The translations under genes were made by a program, and so were the position numbers. Below, in pieces: positions 25,681 to 40,540 of a DNA stretch of 64,000 nucleotides. The stretch's first letter is position 1. Each line of letters opens with the position of its first letter. Source of the stretch: Schmidtea polychroa (taxonomy: Eukaryota); the NCBI GenBank assembly GCA_044892525.1, contig CM097887.1:79214397-79278396 (forward strand), given 5' to 3'. The notes below the pieces were generated by a model that saw only the letters and a list, made by a program, of their open reading frames with translations, ran no database searches and was not told where the DNA came from.

Positions 25681-27299
25681 GATTTATATTTCATTAACTT
25701 TTCTAGTATTTTCAGGAAATAATGAATTTAATTTTGTGAATTATTGCGATTTTAAACAATTTTAAACTATAATTGATTTAAAAAAAACAAATGTATCACC
25801 AAAAGTTCCTATTTGATTACAACATTTATGAAAAACTCGGCGGATGTTGGTGTTGTGAATTGATATTAGCCTAATAAATTTAATCGCTTGAAAAAGATAA
25901 AAAATGGAAAGAAATGATTACCATGAGGGGAAATAGATTATGTTATCGAATAAATTTATTGCGATTCTTATAAATTGCAAACTGGATTAAAAGAATTGCC
26001 ATCGATTAAAGCCAGTATACAAAGCCAGTAGTATTGGGTTATTTAAAATAAATGTAGAGATACAGAAGCTTGAGCAAAGCAATTAAAATATAAATGTTAA
26101 CGCAAAAACTCAAAATTGAAGAGCAAAGTTAATTAAAAATTAATATTTTTCATGGAAAAAAATATGAGAGGGTTGCCAATGATGAGACAAATGCAAGCAT
26201 ATCAATATAAAATAGACAAAATTATTTAGAAAATACAAACTAATCAATTAATTAAAAATTAATTTAATTAATAACTAGACGGTCGAAATGTTAGTCCGGC
26301 CAGCTAAAACTAAGGTAAATCAAATTTGAAGGATCGTTCTACTGTATTGTGAGCAACTAATTTAATTTTAGAGTAATTGACGAAAGGAGTGCTCTATAAA
26401 AGGAACCAAGCCACCATTCAGGTCGAAGACTAAAGAGAAGCAAAAGGAATATTTACATAAATGAAAATTTGAACGAGTTTAATCTGAAGTAATAACAAAA
26501 GTTACTATTATTATTCTGATCAAGAATACGTGTAATAATATTTGTAGTTCTCCCCAAGTGCTAAATTTTAATTATAACTCAGAAATTGACTTAAATTAAT
26601 CAACCGCTGACAATGTTTAATAACGTGGATATAATATCATATAATTATACAATTAATCGTTTATTTTTATATACGTGAAAAAAGAGCACAATTGTGTAAG
26701 ATCAATAAATATATAGGTTTTCTTCTTTAGCAATATTTCTTAAATTACCTCGCACACAGGTAATTTGTCCTGAAGGTTTCAGATCCCGAAGTTCGAGATC
26801 TGGGTCCTTCAAGGCTTTAAACCAACATTTATTATTAATTTATGTATATATAATTATATATTTGAGCAGGTCCTCGTAGGGTTCTTACTACAAACGTATT
26901 TGTATTGGAATTCTTACTATACTATAATATTATATTTTATTGAATTAAATTTTCCAACTATATTAATTGCTTATGAATTAATCAATTATTGATTTTGCTG
27001 ATTTTAACTATTTTATTTTAATTATTTTATTTTGCTTACGGTTTATTATTTATTTATTACTTTATTAAAGATTTTCAGGGTACTCAAAACAACAACATTG
27101 AGGATACTAAATTTTATTTATTTATCACAATTTTTATTCGTTTATTGTTATATTCCTCCCCGCCAAATGAAATCTATTTTTCTGCAGCAACTACTTCTCC
27201 CATTGTCTGAGTCTGGCTTTCTTGGAACGATTTTCTCGCCAGTTCTCTTTTTATCTCTACTTTGTTAACTTTAATTTTTCCAAATTCATATTAAACTTT

Positions 27300-27720
27300 C
27301 TGAGCACGGTATTTTAAGATCTTTGGAATTTCCTGGATTAACTTAACATTCCAATTTATTATTTTTCTTCCGGGATTTTAAGTTTTTTATTTTTCTTTTC
27401 TAGATTCATCGCGAGTTGACGAGTTTTGTAATCTTGTAGGGAGTGAGTTATCCGTGTTGGTACTTTGATAGCGATGTCATCTTCCCAATCATTTTCTATT
27501 GCCAAATAAACTCTTCGCACTGTGTCCGTATCTTCTCGCGCAGAGTGTGTTCCTTTTTGCATGTTTATTTTGCATATCTCTTGCGCAACTATTGGCAGTT
27601 TATACCATTGCCCATTCTTTGTAATTCTCCTTTATTTTACAGCTTGGGCTCAATTTTTTCATCATTTTTTCCACATCCATCTAGAGAAATTGAAAGCACA
27701 TGTTTCGGATTTAGAAACAC
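27300..27720 (-). pseudogene. Possible retrotransposon gag-like remnant
   Basis: Broken minus frames include TLCARRYGHSAKSL (degenerate CCHC knuckle-like) and lysine-rich segments. Weak. Confidence 0.3.
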
Positions 27721-27734
27721 AATGTCAATAATTT

Positions 27735-28160
27735 CGGATGTACCACAAAAAAATAAATACGTCTTATTGTTATATACAAAATATCACACAATGAATGTTG
27801 ATACTGAAAATAAAAGAAAACCCGATCAAATTTTGTTTTATAACGCTACAAAAGGAGAAGTAGTTAAAATAGACAAACTATGTCATGCTTTTACTGTCAG
27901 ACGAAAAACTAATAGGTGGCCTTTTGCATTTTTTCAGAATTTGATTGATGTTAGCGGCGTAGCTGCGCTTGTAATTTGTAAATATTTTTACAATGAGAAA
28001 ATGTATGATTCTAAAAGAAAAGCGTCAGATCCTATTAAGAAGCAAAAAAGATATTAGTGCTGCTTAGTAATAAATGAAGTATTATAAAACACTAACGAAG
28101 AAAACTGCGGAGAAACGACGTCGACTTTGGAAGATCAATGAAAGAAGAAACGTAATAAGA
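27735..28160 (+). pseudogene. piggyBac (PGBD4-like) transposase C-terminal remnant
   Basis: VPQKNKYVLLL..KPDQILFYNATKGEV..DKLCHAFTVRRKTNRWPFAFFQNLIDVSGVAA, paralleling the 44102-45976 protein (KPNIILDYNKTKGGVDTLDK..RKTKRWP). Confidence 0.85.
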
Positions 28161-29381
28161 TGTATAAGATGTATAAATAAGATGTATATTTTTATTTTTT
28201 GTTAGTTGCATACAATAAACGTTTACTTCGTTGTGAATGAAATGTGTTAACCTCCAGCTTTAAAGGGGGGAAGTTATGTGATGTATGCTATGTTATTATT
28301 ATTTTATTATGCTGTTATTATTAAGATAGTTAAAATGATTAAAAATTTGAAATAAAAAAAATCAATCAAAAATCAAAAACGAAATTAACAAGACAACCAA
28401 AAACAATACTAAATCTTATCAAAAGAAAATACGAAAGTTAATTCAACCAAAATTAATCAAGAATATATTTGGAACACAAATTATAACTACATTTCAAATT
28501 CTACAAAACCGTACATTTACAAGTTCTCAGTTCCATAATTTTTGGTTATTTGCTATCCTACAAAACCGTACATTTGCTGGAGAAATGTAGACTATTGAAT
28601 TATAAAGCAATTTATAAATCGAGATCTCAAGATAAAGACAAGGTTGATTCATTAATATTTGCTTAATAAAAGTTGTATAAGTTAATTAGTTGTGTTTTAT
28701 TATTTTGGTTCAAATTAAACATTTGATATTATTATAATTGTAATAAATTCTCCCCATTTGACAACACACACAAACACTCCAGAAGTCCCGAAACAGATTT
28801 TAAAGGTGACTCAGCTGGGTTCTGACAACTTGTCTACAACATAACAATTAATAGTTTGAATTTACAAATATAGTTAAATAAGTTCCTAAGGAACATAACT
28901 ATATACTACTACAAGCACTATAATTATATATTATAGCTACTATAATGTTGATATTAAATATTATTTTTAATAACTTATTATTTAATTTCCAAGCATTAAC
29001 TTGGGAATTGAATCTTAAATATAAATTTTATTATTTATTTACACGTGAATCAAAATTATTAGTAGGCAATATCTTTAAAATATCAAGTTAAAATATCAAC
29101 TTAAAATATAATTTTACAAGTTCTGGTAGACCTGCAACTAATAGACGTCTGAAAATATATGATGAATGATGACTTGCGAAGGCTTCTCAGTGCAATCCTC
29201 TTGCTACTGCTCTGATTGATATTATTTCCATTTAACGAGTCAATAAATGAATCACTAAAAAAACCTTTCATAACACACTTAATCGATTTTATCTTCTTTG
29301 TATTCATTAAAGTTTCCGTTATATGTGTTAGGGTTATTCGATAAACGATATTTCATTAGTTATCGCTTTTTTTAGATAAAA

Positions 29382-30859
29382 ATGAATGAAAAAAGAAACG
29401 CAAATTAAAAGATGAAAACCTTTCATTTCAAGAATCTTGGACCTACGACTTCTTTGTCGAACCAAAAGGTGTTGGCGTTATATGCTTGATTTGTGATGCA
29501 GTTATTATTCTCAAATGATATAATATTAAAGAACATTTATCAAATAAACACAAAAGTATGACAAAAACTTTCAAATGAACAACGTGAATGTGAAGTAAAG
29601 AAATTGCGTAAACAAAAAACTTTCAGAAAAACCTTTTTGTACGTTGTAATGATGAATGTGAAGGCATAAACCTAGCTAGTATTGTGGTTTCTCAGGAAAT
29701 TGCAAAAAGATTTTTAACGTTACAGAAGAATTGTTAAATTTGGTGCCAATGAAAGATTCAACGACTGGAGCAAATATTTTCGATATTATCATTACTCAGT
29801 TGAATGTATTCAAAGCTGATTTAAAAATATTAGCGGGAGTAACCACTGATGGTGCATCATCTATGCGTGGTTCTAAATCTGGCGCTGTTACTTTGCTTCT
29901 GTTAAAAATTCGAGAATTCAACGGAGTTGTCGATATTCATTGTTTATTGCACATTGAAAATCTATGTGGAAACACTCTTGATATGAAACCTGTAAAAGAT
30001 TTCGTCATCAAAACTGTTAATTACATTTGCTAAAGTGCAGAAGGTTGCAATGCAATTTACTACACAAACTTAAGGTGGCTTAGTCGCGGAAATTGCTTAA
30101 AAGGTTTTTTTGATATTCGAGATGAAATCAAAATTTCCATGAAATGTGAAGAACAGGATAATTAACAATGATCTGATGATGAATTTATTCTTAGCCTTGC
30201 GTTTTATGTTGATATAACGAAGTACTTAAATGAGCTCAATGTTTAACTTCAAGGCAAGGATTCGACCATGGTTGACATGTATAAATTTATCAGATCATTT
30301 TTAGATAAGTTGAAATTATTTAAAGATCATTTGTATAAAAACCAATGTGACCATTTCAAAGTAATTAAATCAGTACATATTAATGGCAAATACAAAAAAT
30401 TTTGCTACTGATAAAGAAATTGATAGTTGAATCCATTTTCAGTAGAAATAAATTCAGTTGATGTAAAAATTCAGCTGGAATTGTTAGAACTGCAAAATGA
30501 TTTGTTAGCTAAGCACACATTTTCAGATAATAAAAGCAATTTCCTAAAAAGTTACTTAACTGAAAATAATAATCCAAATATAAGAAATACTTTTTTAAAG
30601 ATAATTTCTTTATTCGGTACATCGTATAATTACAAAAGATTCTTTTCGGGATTAAAATATAAAAAAAATTCTTATAGAAACAGATTAACTGACAACAATT
30701 TATGAATTAAGAATTTCAAATACGCGATTAGATTATAATGTAAAGGAATTAATTTAAATAAAAAAATTCAACTAAAAATTGTGTTTTTGTTTTGTGGTCA
30801 GTATTTTTATTTTTTCGTTAAATTTTGGCCATTCATTCCATGATCTTTGGGCACCCCTG
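29382..30859 (+). mobile_element. Degenerate Charlie/SPIN (GTF2IRD2-like) hAT element, right end preserved
   Basis: MNEKKKRKLKDENLSFQESW..ICLIC, VTTDGASSM, IHCLLHIE, *RWLSRGNCL, LQGK, LFGTSY. Many stops and deletions. Right TIR TTTGGGCACCCCTG ends at 30859; left TIR not found. Confidence 0.8.
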
Positions 30860-32224
30860 ATCTATAATATATAAAATATCTATTTTGGACAAACACATTG
30901 ATTTATTTGAAGACCACTGTTATTGTTGTATTGTGCGAGCCCACACTCATTATACTAATTATCAGTATAAATAACGCATTCATATTGTATCAAATCAAAA
31001 CTCGTATGTTTTACATTTATATTATATTAACCAATCAGAATAATATTACACACAAACATTAGTATAAATATTAGTATAAATATATCAAATAGCGAGGGTT
31101 AACCTATGCAATGAATTAACGTGTAATATCCGCTTTGGAAAATTAGCTAAGTAAATAAAAAAGAAATAATAAGGAAAAATAACGAGTAAAACGAAATAAA
31201 TAAATAAAAAACAAAGAAATAAAATAAGTATCCAACAATAAAATAAAACCAAAGAAAATAATAACTAATAAAAAGTAATTGTTAAAAAATAAAACGAATA
31301 AAAAAAATACGAAATTACAAACAATAAAACCAACAGGATCCGACAAAAAAGAGAGAGAAATAAGAACAATTAAAGTAACAAATGAATCGCAAAAAAAATC
31401 ATTAAATAACCTTAGAAAAACCAATTAAAAGAATAAAACATAGAAAAACAGCAAATTACAACACATCTGGATCCTGATTGGACCAAAATTAATATAAATA
31501 GAATTGACTTAGCTCATTTTCCTAATGCTGAAAAACTTGCTATAGGTAAAATTTTATTCTTGTTAACGATTTTGAATGCTGAAAAACGTTCTATAGAAAA
31601 TCATCAATCTATTCCAGGATCAATTGTACGATTTAGAGCTTTGAACAAATCATTTCGCACAGTATCATTCATGGGACTTCTAAGAAATTTACCATAGCCA
31701 GTATATAATCGAGGAAATCATGTAAACTTTTATTGCCATTTTTTATTTTCATTGGATTTTTATTATATGTATTTGTTTCAACCAGTCAGAGGGGGGAATG
31801 ACGTCTACATCTGACTGGCAGTTTTTGTTTTGGGTTTTGTCGCCTCTGTGTGCAGAATTATTGTGATATTGATGTGCGCACACAGACGCGAAGAATTGGT
31901 ATTTTCAAATGTTATTGAAAAGTTACTTCGGATTTTTTGTAATTTGATTATAACAGTTGTGTTGGGTTATGTTTTCAAAGTCGTTAATAAAGAAATTCCT
32001 TTTCTGGGTATTTGTGTTTGTTCTAAACAGTATTTATGTATAGTATGAATAGATTTTCAATTTCACTCATGCAATTTCATTTATTAAAAATATTAGTAGT
32101 AAGAGTCAACTCTCTTCTCTTTATATAATGATTATATATGTAAATCTATCACTGACTAGTACATTAACAATATTTGAATTTGATATGACAATGAATTTCA
32201 GGAACGTTTTTACTCAATATAAAG

Positions 32225-32451
32225 CAGTGGTTCTTAACCTGGGGTCCGCGAACGGGTCCCAAGTGGTCCGCGACACTATTTACAAAAAACTATTATTTTT
32301 GTTTGAAGCTGAATAAACAGATTTATAAATAATTATTAAAAAATGTATGTGTTTTACTATCAATTTATTAATTTTTTAACATTTCAGGGGTCCGTTGGTA
32401 CCAATTATATATTTATGGGGTCCATAAATTTGAAAAGGTTAAGAACCCCTG
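32225..32451. mobile_element. Buster/Charlie hAT MITE, 227 bp
   Basis: TIR CAGTGGTTCTTAACCT / AGGTTAAGAACCCCTG (1 mismatch). Perfect TSD ATATAAAG at 32217-32224 and 32452-32459. Confidence 0.95.
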
Positions 32452-32459
32452 ATATAAAG

Positions 32460-34255
32460 GAAAAGTTTCAAGTTGTAGGAATGTATAGATTGCAAAGAAG
32501 AAAGCTTCATATGAGCCTAAAGAAATAGGGCATGAGAAGGACACCCGTCTAATGAGAATGATGGATAGTAGCTAGGCGAAGAAAATGAATATATTGGAGC
32601 CATGTAAGGTAGAGATTTACCAGAGTAGTAATTTAGCGCCAATGATCAATTTTTCGTGATGGATTGCAGAAATGAGCTGTGGGAAATGGGTGAATTAGAA
32701 ATCGAATGAATCCAGCGGGAACAGAAAATCCCTCCACCATGATGAATGAGACTAGAATAGTTTGGAGGAGGTGAAGACAATGTTTGAAACAATTATTGCA
32801 GTCTCATGAGGTAGATCAGGAGGGTAGTTAGTATAATGTAGCGTGTAACCGAATGGATTGCATGGGAGGTGAAAAAATTCCCTCTGCATGTCAATTCGAC
32901 TTAGAATATGATCATGATGAGAAAATTTCTATAGACAAATCCGTCAAGTAGAGGACACAATTGACTTTAATAAATTTTCTTTTGTTATCATTGTCTAAAC
33001 ATTTGCAGATTGCTTTATTTTATAGTTTTATAACTTTTTATAATGATTTATATGATGTGAATCGGACCAGTTGGTAGAGACGATTGGGTACTGTTAGCTT
33101 TCGGGTTGATGGCCTTCAGTTGTCTTTATCGATTTGCACGTTGAGAGTAATGCAGTGCGAACGGGTTTGAAAATAGGAATCACGAAAAGTTATCACATAA
33201 TTCGAGCGAAACGACAGACCTTAGAAGGCCTCAGATCATCGAAAAAACTCCACACTTAACACCTAGCGAATTAGCAGATTTCGACATCATACTGTCTTAG
33301 CCACTTCCAGATAGAACTTCGTCTGTATTAGTATTGTAAAATAATTCCAACGTCTCTCTTCTTAGCCATGCAATCATAGGATAATCATAGCAATTTATCT
33401 TACAACAGTCTTGATAAGTACTTTACCATAGTGAAGAGATTTGCAACATTTGATTGACTGTAGAAAATTCGATAAACCTATTGTAAAAAATTGACTTCGA
33501 CGAACCATCGATCAACCACCTTATTTAGTTTAGTCGGAAATGTTGACCGATTCAAATTTTCATTAGGTAGACATAAATTCTATTGAGTCGCCCCCGCTAT
33601 TGTAATAGCGCATCACATTTTATCAACAATGAAGCCCAGGTCACCAGTAAGCGTAGGAATTAGTATAATTAATTTAAACATCGGTCACTACATCGGATTA
33701 GTCTACAATTTTTCCATACTCCTGCATACCGAATAATGTCTTACCTTTTGAACATTCATCAACACTCATCGAAAATTAAACAAAACACCGGATATATCGT
33801 TAGAAGTAATCATTATCGAAATTTCTACCAAATCATGCCAGTCACTACAATGCCATCTCATGCATCCTGTTCCATTTGTCGCGACCGGTTGAACAGTTTT
33901 TTTCATAGGGTAAATGTCTCGACGGCCTACATCAACCTTCGAATAAATCTAATAATTTTCGTTTTAATTAAAAATTTAGATGACATAAAGACACCGATAA
34001 AGTTAGAATATTGTCCGGTGCAAAAGAGTAAAGTTTTAAACTCAAGTTTGTCTAAATATTCGAACATCACCACTATGATAGCCCTAAAGAACATTTTAAA
34101 TTTTACTCGTAAACAAGTCATCAGCTTGAAAATATAAATTTGAAATCCGATGACATCGATCAAATCTCGGCCCGATAATTCAATCCAAGTGAGCTAGGGG
34201 AGTAAGAGGGGAATTAGAGTGAAAGTAACTACTCAAGACACGAAAGGAATAGGAC
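32460..34255 (-). pseudogene. Highly degenerate non-LTR retrotransposon remnant (ORF1 knuckle region + start of APE endonuclease)
   Basis: Broken frames: SIKCCKSLHYGK (cf. RCxxCQxYGH) and ETAII..PPNYSS..HHGGGI (cf. TETW..RGGGV). Boundaries uncertain. Confidence 0.4.
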
Positions 34256-34261
34256 ATGATA

Positions 34262-35579
34262 TAGGGTGGCCCAAAAAAATGGGAACATTTTTATTTAATT
34301 AAAAAAATGATGAATTAATGCAGAATGATAATATTGATAAAATAATACTAAGATTTTTTATTCTATTTTTCGATAAATTCAAATATTTAAAATATCCTTA
34401 ATGACAAAACTTACACCTGAAGATCGTAGTTTTATAAAAATTATAAGACTAGAAAAGCGATGGGGTGCAAGAAAAATACTAAATGAATTTCCAAATAAGC
34501 TGTGGAGTAAATCCACTGTTAGTCACTTAATTAGAAAAATTGACAACAATACGACTTTAAATCGTAAACATGGAAGTGGAAGACCAAGATCAATTAGAAC
34601 AACAGAAAATATCGAGGTTGTTAATGAGATGATTTGTAGTCAAGAAGATAATCCACACAGCCATAAAAGTCCTAGAGAAATACAAAAAGAAACTGGTATT
34701 TCGCGATCTTCAATTCAACGCATTGCAAAGTTAGATTTAAATTTAAAAATATTTAAAAGAATAAAAACAAAACAATTACAAGATCCAGTAAAAATAAAAC
34801 GTGTTCGCCGTTGTCAATTATTAATTGATAGATTTCCTGATAATATTAGTATTCAAAGAATATGGTTTACGGATGAGAAGATTTTTACAATATCAACACC
34901 AATAAACTCTCAAAATGATCGCGTTTATTCGCCGATGTCTAAGAAAATACAAGTGCCTGAAATTAATTTATTGCGCGAACGTTCAAATTCCAAACGTGGA
35001 ATCATGGTATCTGTCGGAGTTTCATTAATGGGAAAAACTAGGATATTTTTTGTTGAACCTGGTGCAAAAATAAATAGCAATTATTATTGTGAAAATGTTT
35101 TAAGCAATGGTATCCTACCGGATATAAAATCTATTTGTGGTGAAGATAGTTGGATATTGCAACAGGATGGTGCTCCGGCTCATACCGCAAGAAATACAAT
35201 AAATTTTATTCATAATTCTGGAATTGAGGTTATTGAACCTGATAAATGGCCACCAAATAGTCCGGATTTGAATCCAGTAGATTATGCAATATGGGGAGCA
35301 TTGCAAGAAAAGGTATATTTAAGACGAACATTTACATCAATTGAACATCTTAAACAAGTAATTATTGAAGAATGGAATAATATTGAACAATCTTTTATTG
35401 ATAGAAGTATTAATGAATGGAGAATTCGATTACTCAAAGTAATTGAAAGACAAGGTGGTCATATTGAGAATTATTTATAAATATGAGATAATTAAATTTT
35501 TATTATTTGCTTTTCTTCTTTATATTTTTTTAATTTCATTTAAAAAATTTAGTGTTCCCATTTTTTTTGGGCCACCCTG
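34262..35579 (+). mobile_element. Full-length Tc1/mariner element of the DD37D (maT) family
   Basis: TIR TAGGGTGGCCCAAAAAAATGGGAACA / TGTTCCCATTTTTTTTGGGCCACCCTG (first base C>T on the left, one-base run difference). TA TSD at 34260-34261 and 35580-35581. Confidence 0.95.
34401..35480 (+). CDS. Intact DD37D (maT) transposase, 359 aa
   Basis: HTH N-terminus, GSGRPRS, WFTDEK (D1), QQDGAPAH (D2), SPDLNPVDY (D3); 37 residues counted between D2 and D3. No disruptions. Confidence 0.93.
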   Translation: MTKLTPEDRSFIKIIRLEKRWGARKILNEFPNKLWSKSTVSHLIRKIDNNTTLNRKHGSGRPRSIRTTENIEVVNEMICSQEDNPHSHKSPREIQKETGISRSSIQRIAKLDLNLKIFKRIKTKQLQDPVKIKRVRRCQLLIDRFPDNISIQRIWFTDEKIFTISTPINSQNDRVYSPMSKKIQVPEINLLRERSNSKRGIMVSVGVSLMGKTRIFFVEPGAKINSNYYCENVLSNGILPDIKSICGEDSWILQQDGAPAHTARNTINFIHNSGIEVIEPDKWPPNSPDLNPVDYAIWGALQEKVYLRRTFTSIEHLKQVIIEEWNNIEQSFIDRSINEWRIRLLKVIERQGGHIENYL

Positions 35580-36496
35580 TATAGGATTTTGATGTTTCTG
35601 GGAAACCAAAATCAGACTCTAAGTTACCTTCCCTTTTGTCTTGCATGCTTCTCATTCAAATCACGTTATAATTTTCTTTTCGTGTAGCCATGCCTGAACC
35701 TAATCTCCCGAAGGCCGGCCCGAAACCTTGCTTTTCGTGTGCCGATAAAAATGCTCAGATCAAGCAACAAAACGAGATAATCGGGGTTCTCAAAAAACGC
35801 GTTAGAAAGTACGTGGTTCTCCCCGCCACGCATGAATGAAGCTAATAAGAAAATTTTACGGCTAGAGCATTGCCGTGATAGTTTGCTCGAGGAGAGCACG
35901 TGCCAGCGGTTAACCATCAAGGCCCAATCAGAGGCCCTACACCGCGTGTATTCGGAAGCGGAAATAAAGAGCAGAATCAAAAATTCCCTATATAGATAAG
36001 GGAAATATTTTTCCGCTGCATCACCAGGTTGACTGCGTGAATATTTCATCTAAAGCTATCTGTCATCAACATGGTCCGGAGGAGACCCCGTCACCAACAC
36101 CCGACGTCGTATACATGGGAACTAGTACCCCATTATCGACTCCAACCAAGGCGACCTCTTCGCTGACAAATCCGAAGAACACTGATTTTGGTCCATTAGT
36201 ACCTTCTGGCCGAAAGCGTAAAGATTGACTCGCGCCGAACGATCTAAGAAGCGGCGAGACGAAATCGCTGCGCTGGAAGCTACATTGTCACTATTTTCAA
36301 TTATCACTAGTTATTATTTCAGTTATCACTATTTCAAAATGTTGGGGGACAATAGTAACTTATTATTTTATTATTTATTATTATAATTTATGGTTCCGAG
36401 TGACAGAGGAGAAGAATGCGGAAATGATTACTATTAGTGATGATGACTAGAGTAAATTTCTTTTATTTTATTTAAAAATTTAAAGAAATTTTAGGT

Positions 36497-38981
<2,485 letters not shown>

Positions 38982-39179
38982 TTTTAGGTGATTGTGAGAT
39001 TATTGATGACCCTGCTGTTATTATTGAAGATGATTCGGATGATGATGCCCCCACTACTACTACTAAAGAAGTTTCTATACAAGAAGTTTCTATAAAGAAG
39101 TTTCTATATCGAGTTATTGGATGATAAATAAGAACGAACAATCAGTCCTCTTTTGGGCCACAATCATGATTGTGATTTA

Positions 39180-39370
39180 ATTAGTAAATTTTCAAAGTAT
39201 TATTATTATTATCATTATTATTACTATTATCATTATCATTATTATTTTCGAAGTATTATTATTATTTTTATCATTATTAATATTTTAAAGTTATTTTCCG
39301 AGTATTATTATTATTTTCAAATAAAATTTCAAAGTTTTATTATTATTATTATTAAAATTAAATTTGTATC
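39180..39370. repeat. Degenerate (TAT/CAT)n low-complexity tract
   Basis: Visible tattattat/cattat runs. Confidence 0.8.
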
Positions 39371-40540
39371 TTCAAATAATTATTGGATATATCATAAATT
39401 TTTATATTAATATTTTATTTGACTTTTATTCAATTAAATGGTTCTAAAACCGGTAAAACTCGAACACTAAACATTGGCTATTAGGCCAAAGACAGCAAAT
39501 CACTCATCAGATTAGAGAAATTCAATAGATATTATGCTGCAAAAATCGTTTTAAAATCGTTTTAAACTGCCAAATATTTATATTTAAAAATAAAATCTTA
39601 GAATTTCTATAACAAGAAATCTTTGAATATTGCAATTATTTGCTGATTCGAATTGCTTATTTCAATAGCTATTTACAAAATTATAGTACACTTATATCTA
39701 TATTTATTTTATTTTGAACCAATGAGAAGAAAGAAAAAGGAAATTAAAGAGATGATCAAAAAGCATTTGAAAATTGAAGCAGCTAAATACCAGGAAATTT
39801 AAAAGGACTATTTTTATAGTCGAAAATTGTATCATTTTATTGAATATATACTTCGCAGCAAAAGGCTTAAATCATCATTTAATTGTTTAACAATATTATT
39901 ATTTATATCTGTTAATTTTCTTATTTAATTACACTTATTCTAGCACTTTTGTCACACATACAACTCGTTTTTATAACGTTAATTTCAATTTCAACGCCAT
40001 ATAGTCATAATTTGTCAAACCATCTTTGTTATTTTCATAAATTTCGAGTTATATTTTAAATTTCGAATCAGTACGGAAAATACCATTTTTTTCACAATGA
40101 TTGAACATTTCATTTCGACAATAGGTGACAATATATCCTGTTTCTATAAATACCAAGCCTATTTTGATTTAGTTGTTTACTCCTTTATTATTATATATTT
40201 CGAAACTAGTTGTTAGTTGGATTTTCTCAAAATTTCTTCTTATTACACTTGTAATCTGATCTTTCAATTTCTTTTCTTGAATTTTAAGTTTCAGAATTAC
40301 TTCTATTAAATCTGTCATTGTTTTGATTAATCAGTGATCATTTCGTTTCCATGTTTGACCTTTCATTATCGTCGAGGCTCGTGCAAAACTTTCATCTAAT
40401 TTATATATTGAATCGCTGTGGTATTTTCTTTTGATATCTCGTTTCACTTTATCAAAAAAATTCCAAAAATTAATCAAATTTAATCAAAGACAGTGATAAA
40501 ATACTATTCTTGTAGTAATAATCGTTATATTAATTTTCAG

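Noticed and set aside
39153-39410. Tyr/Ile-rich 85-aa ORF
   Set aside because: Translation of a (TAT)n low-complexity tract.
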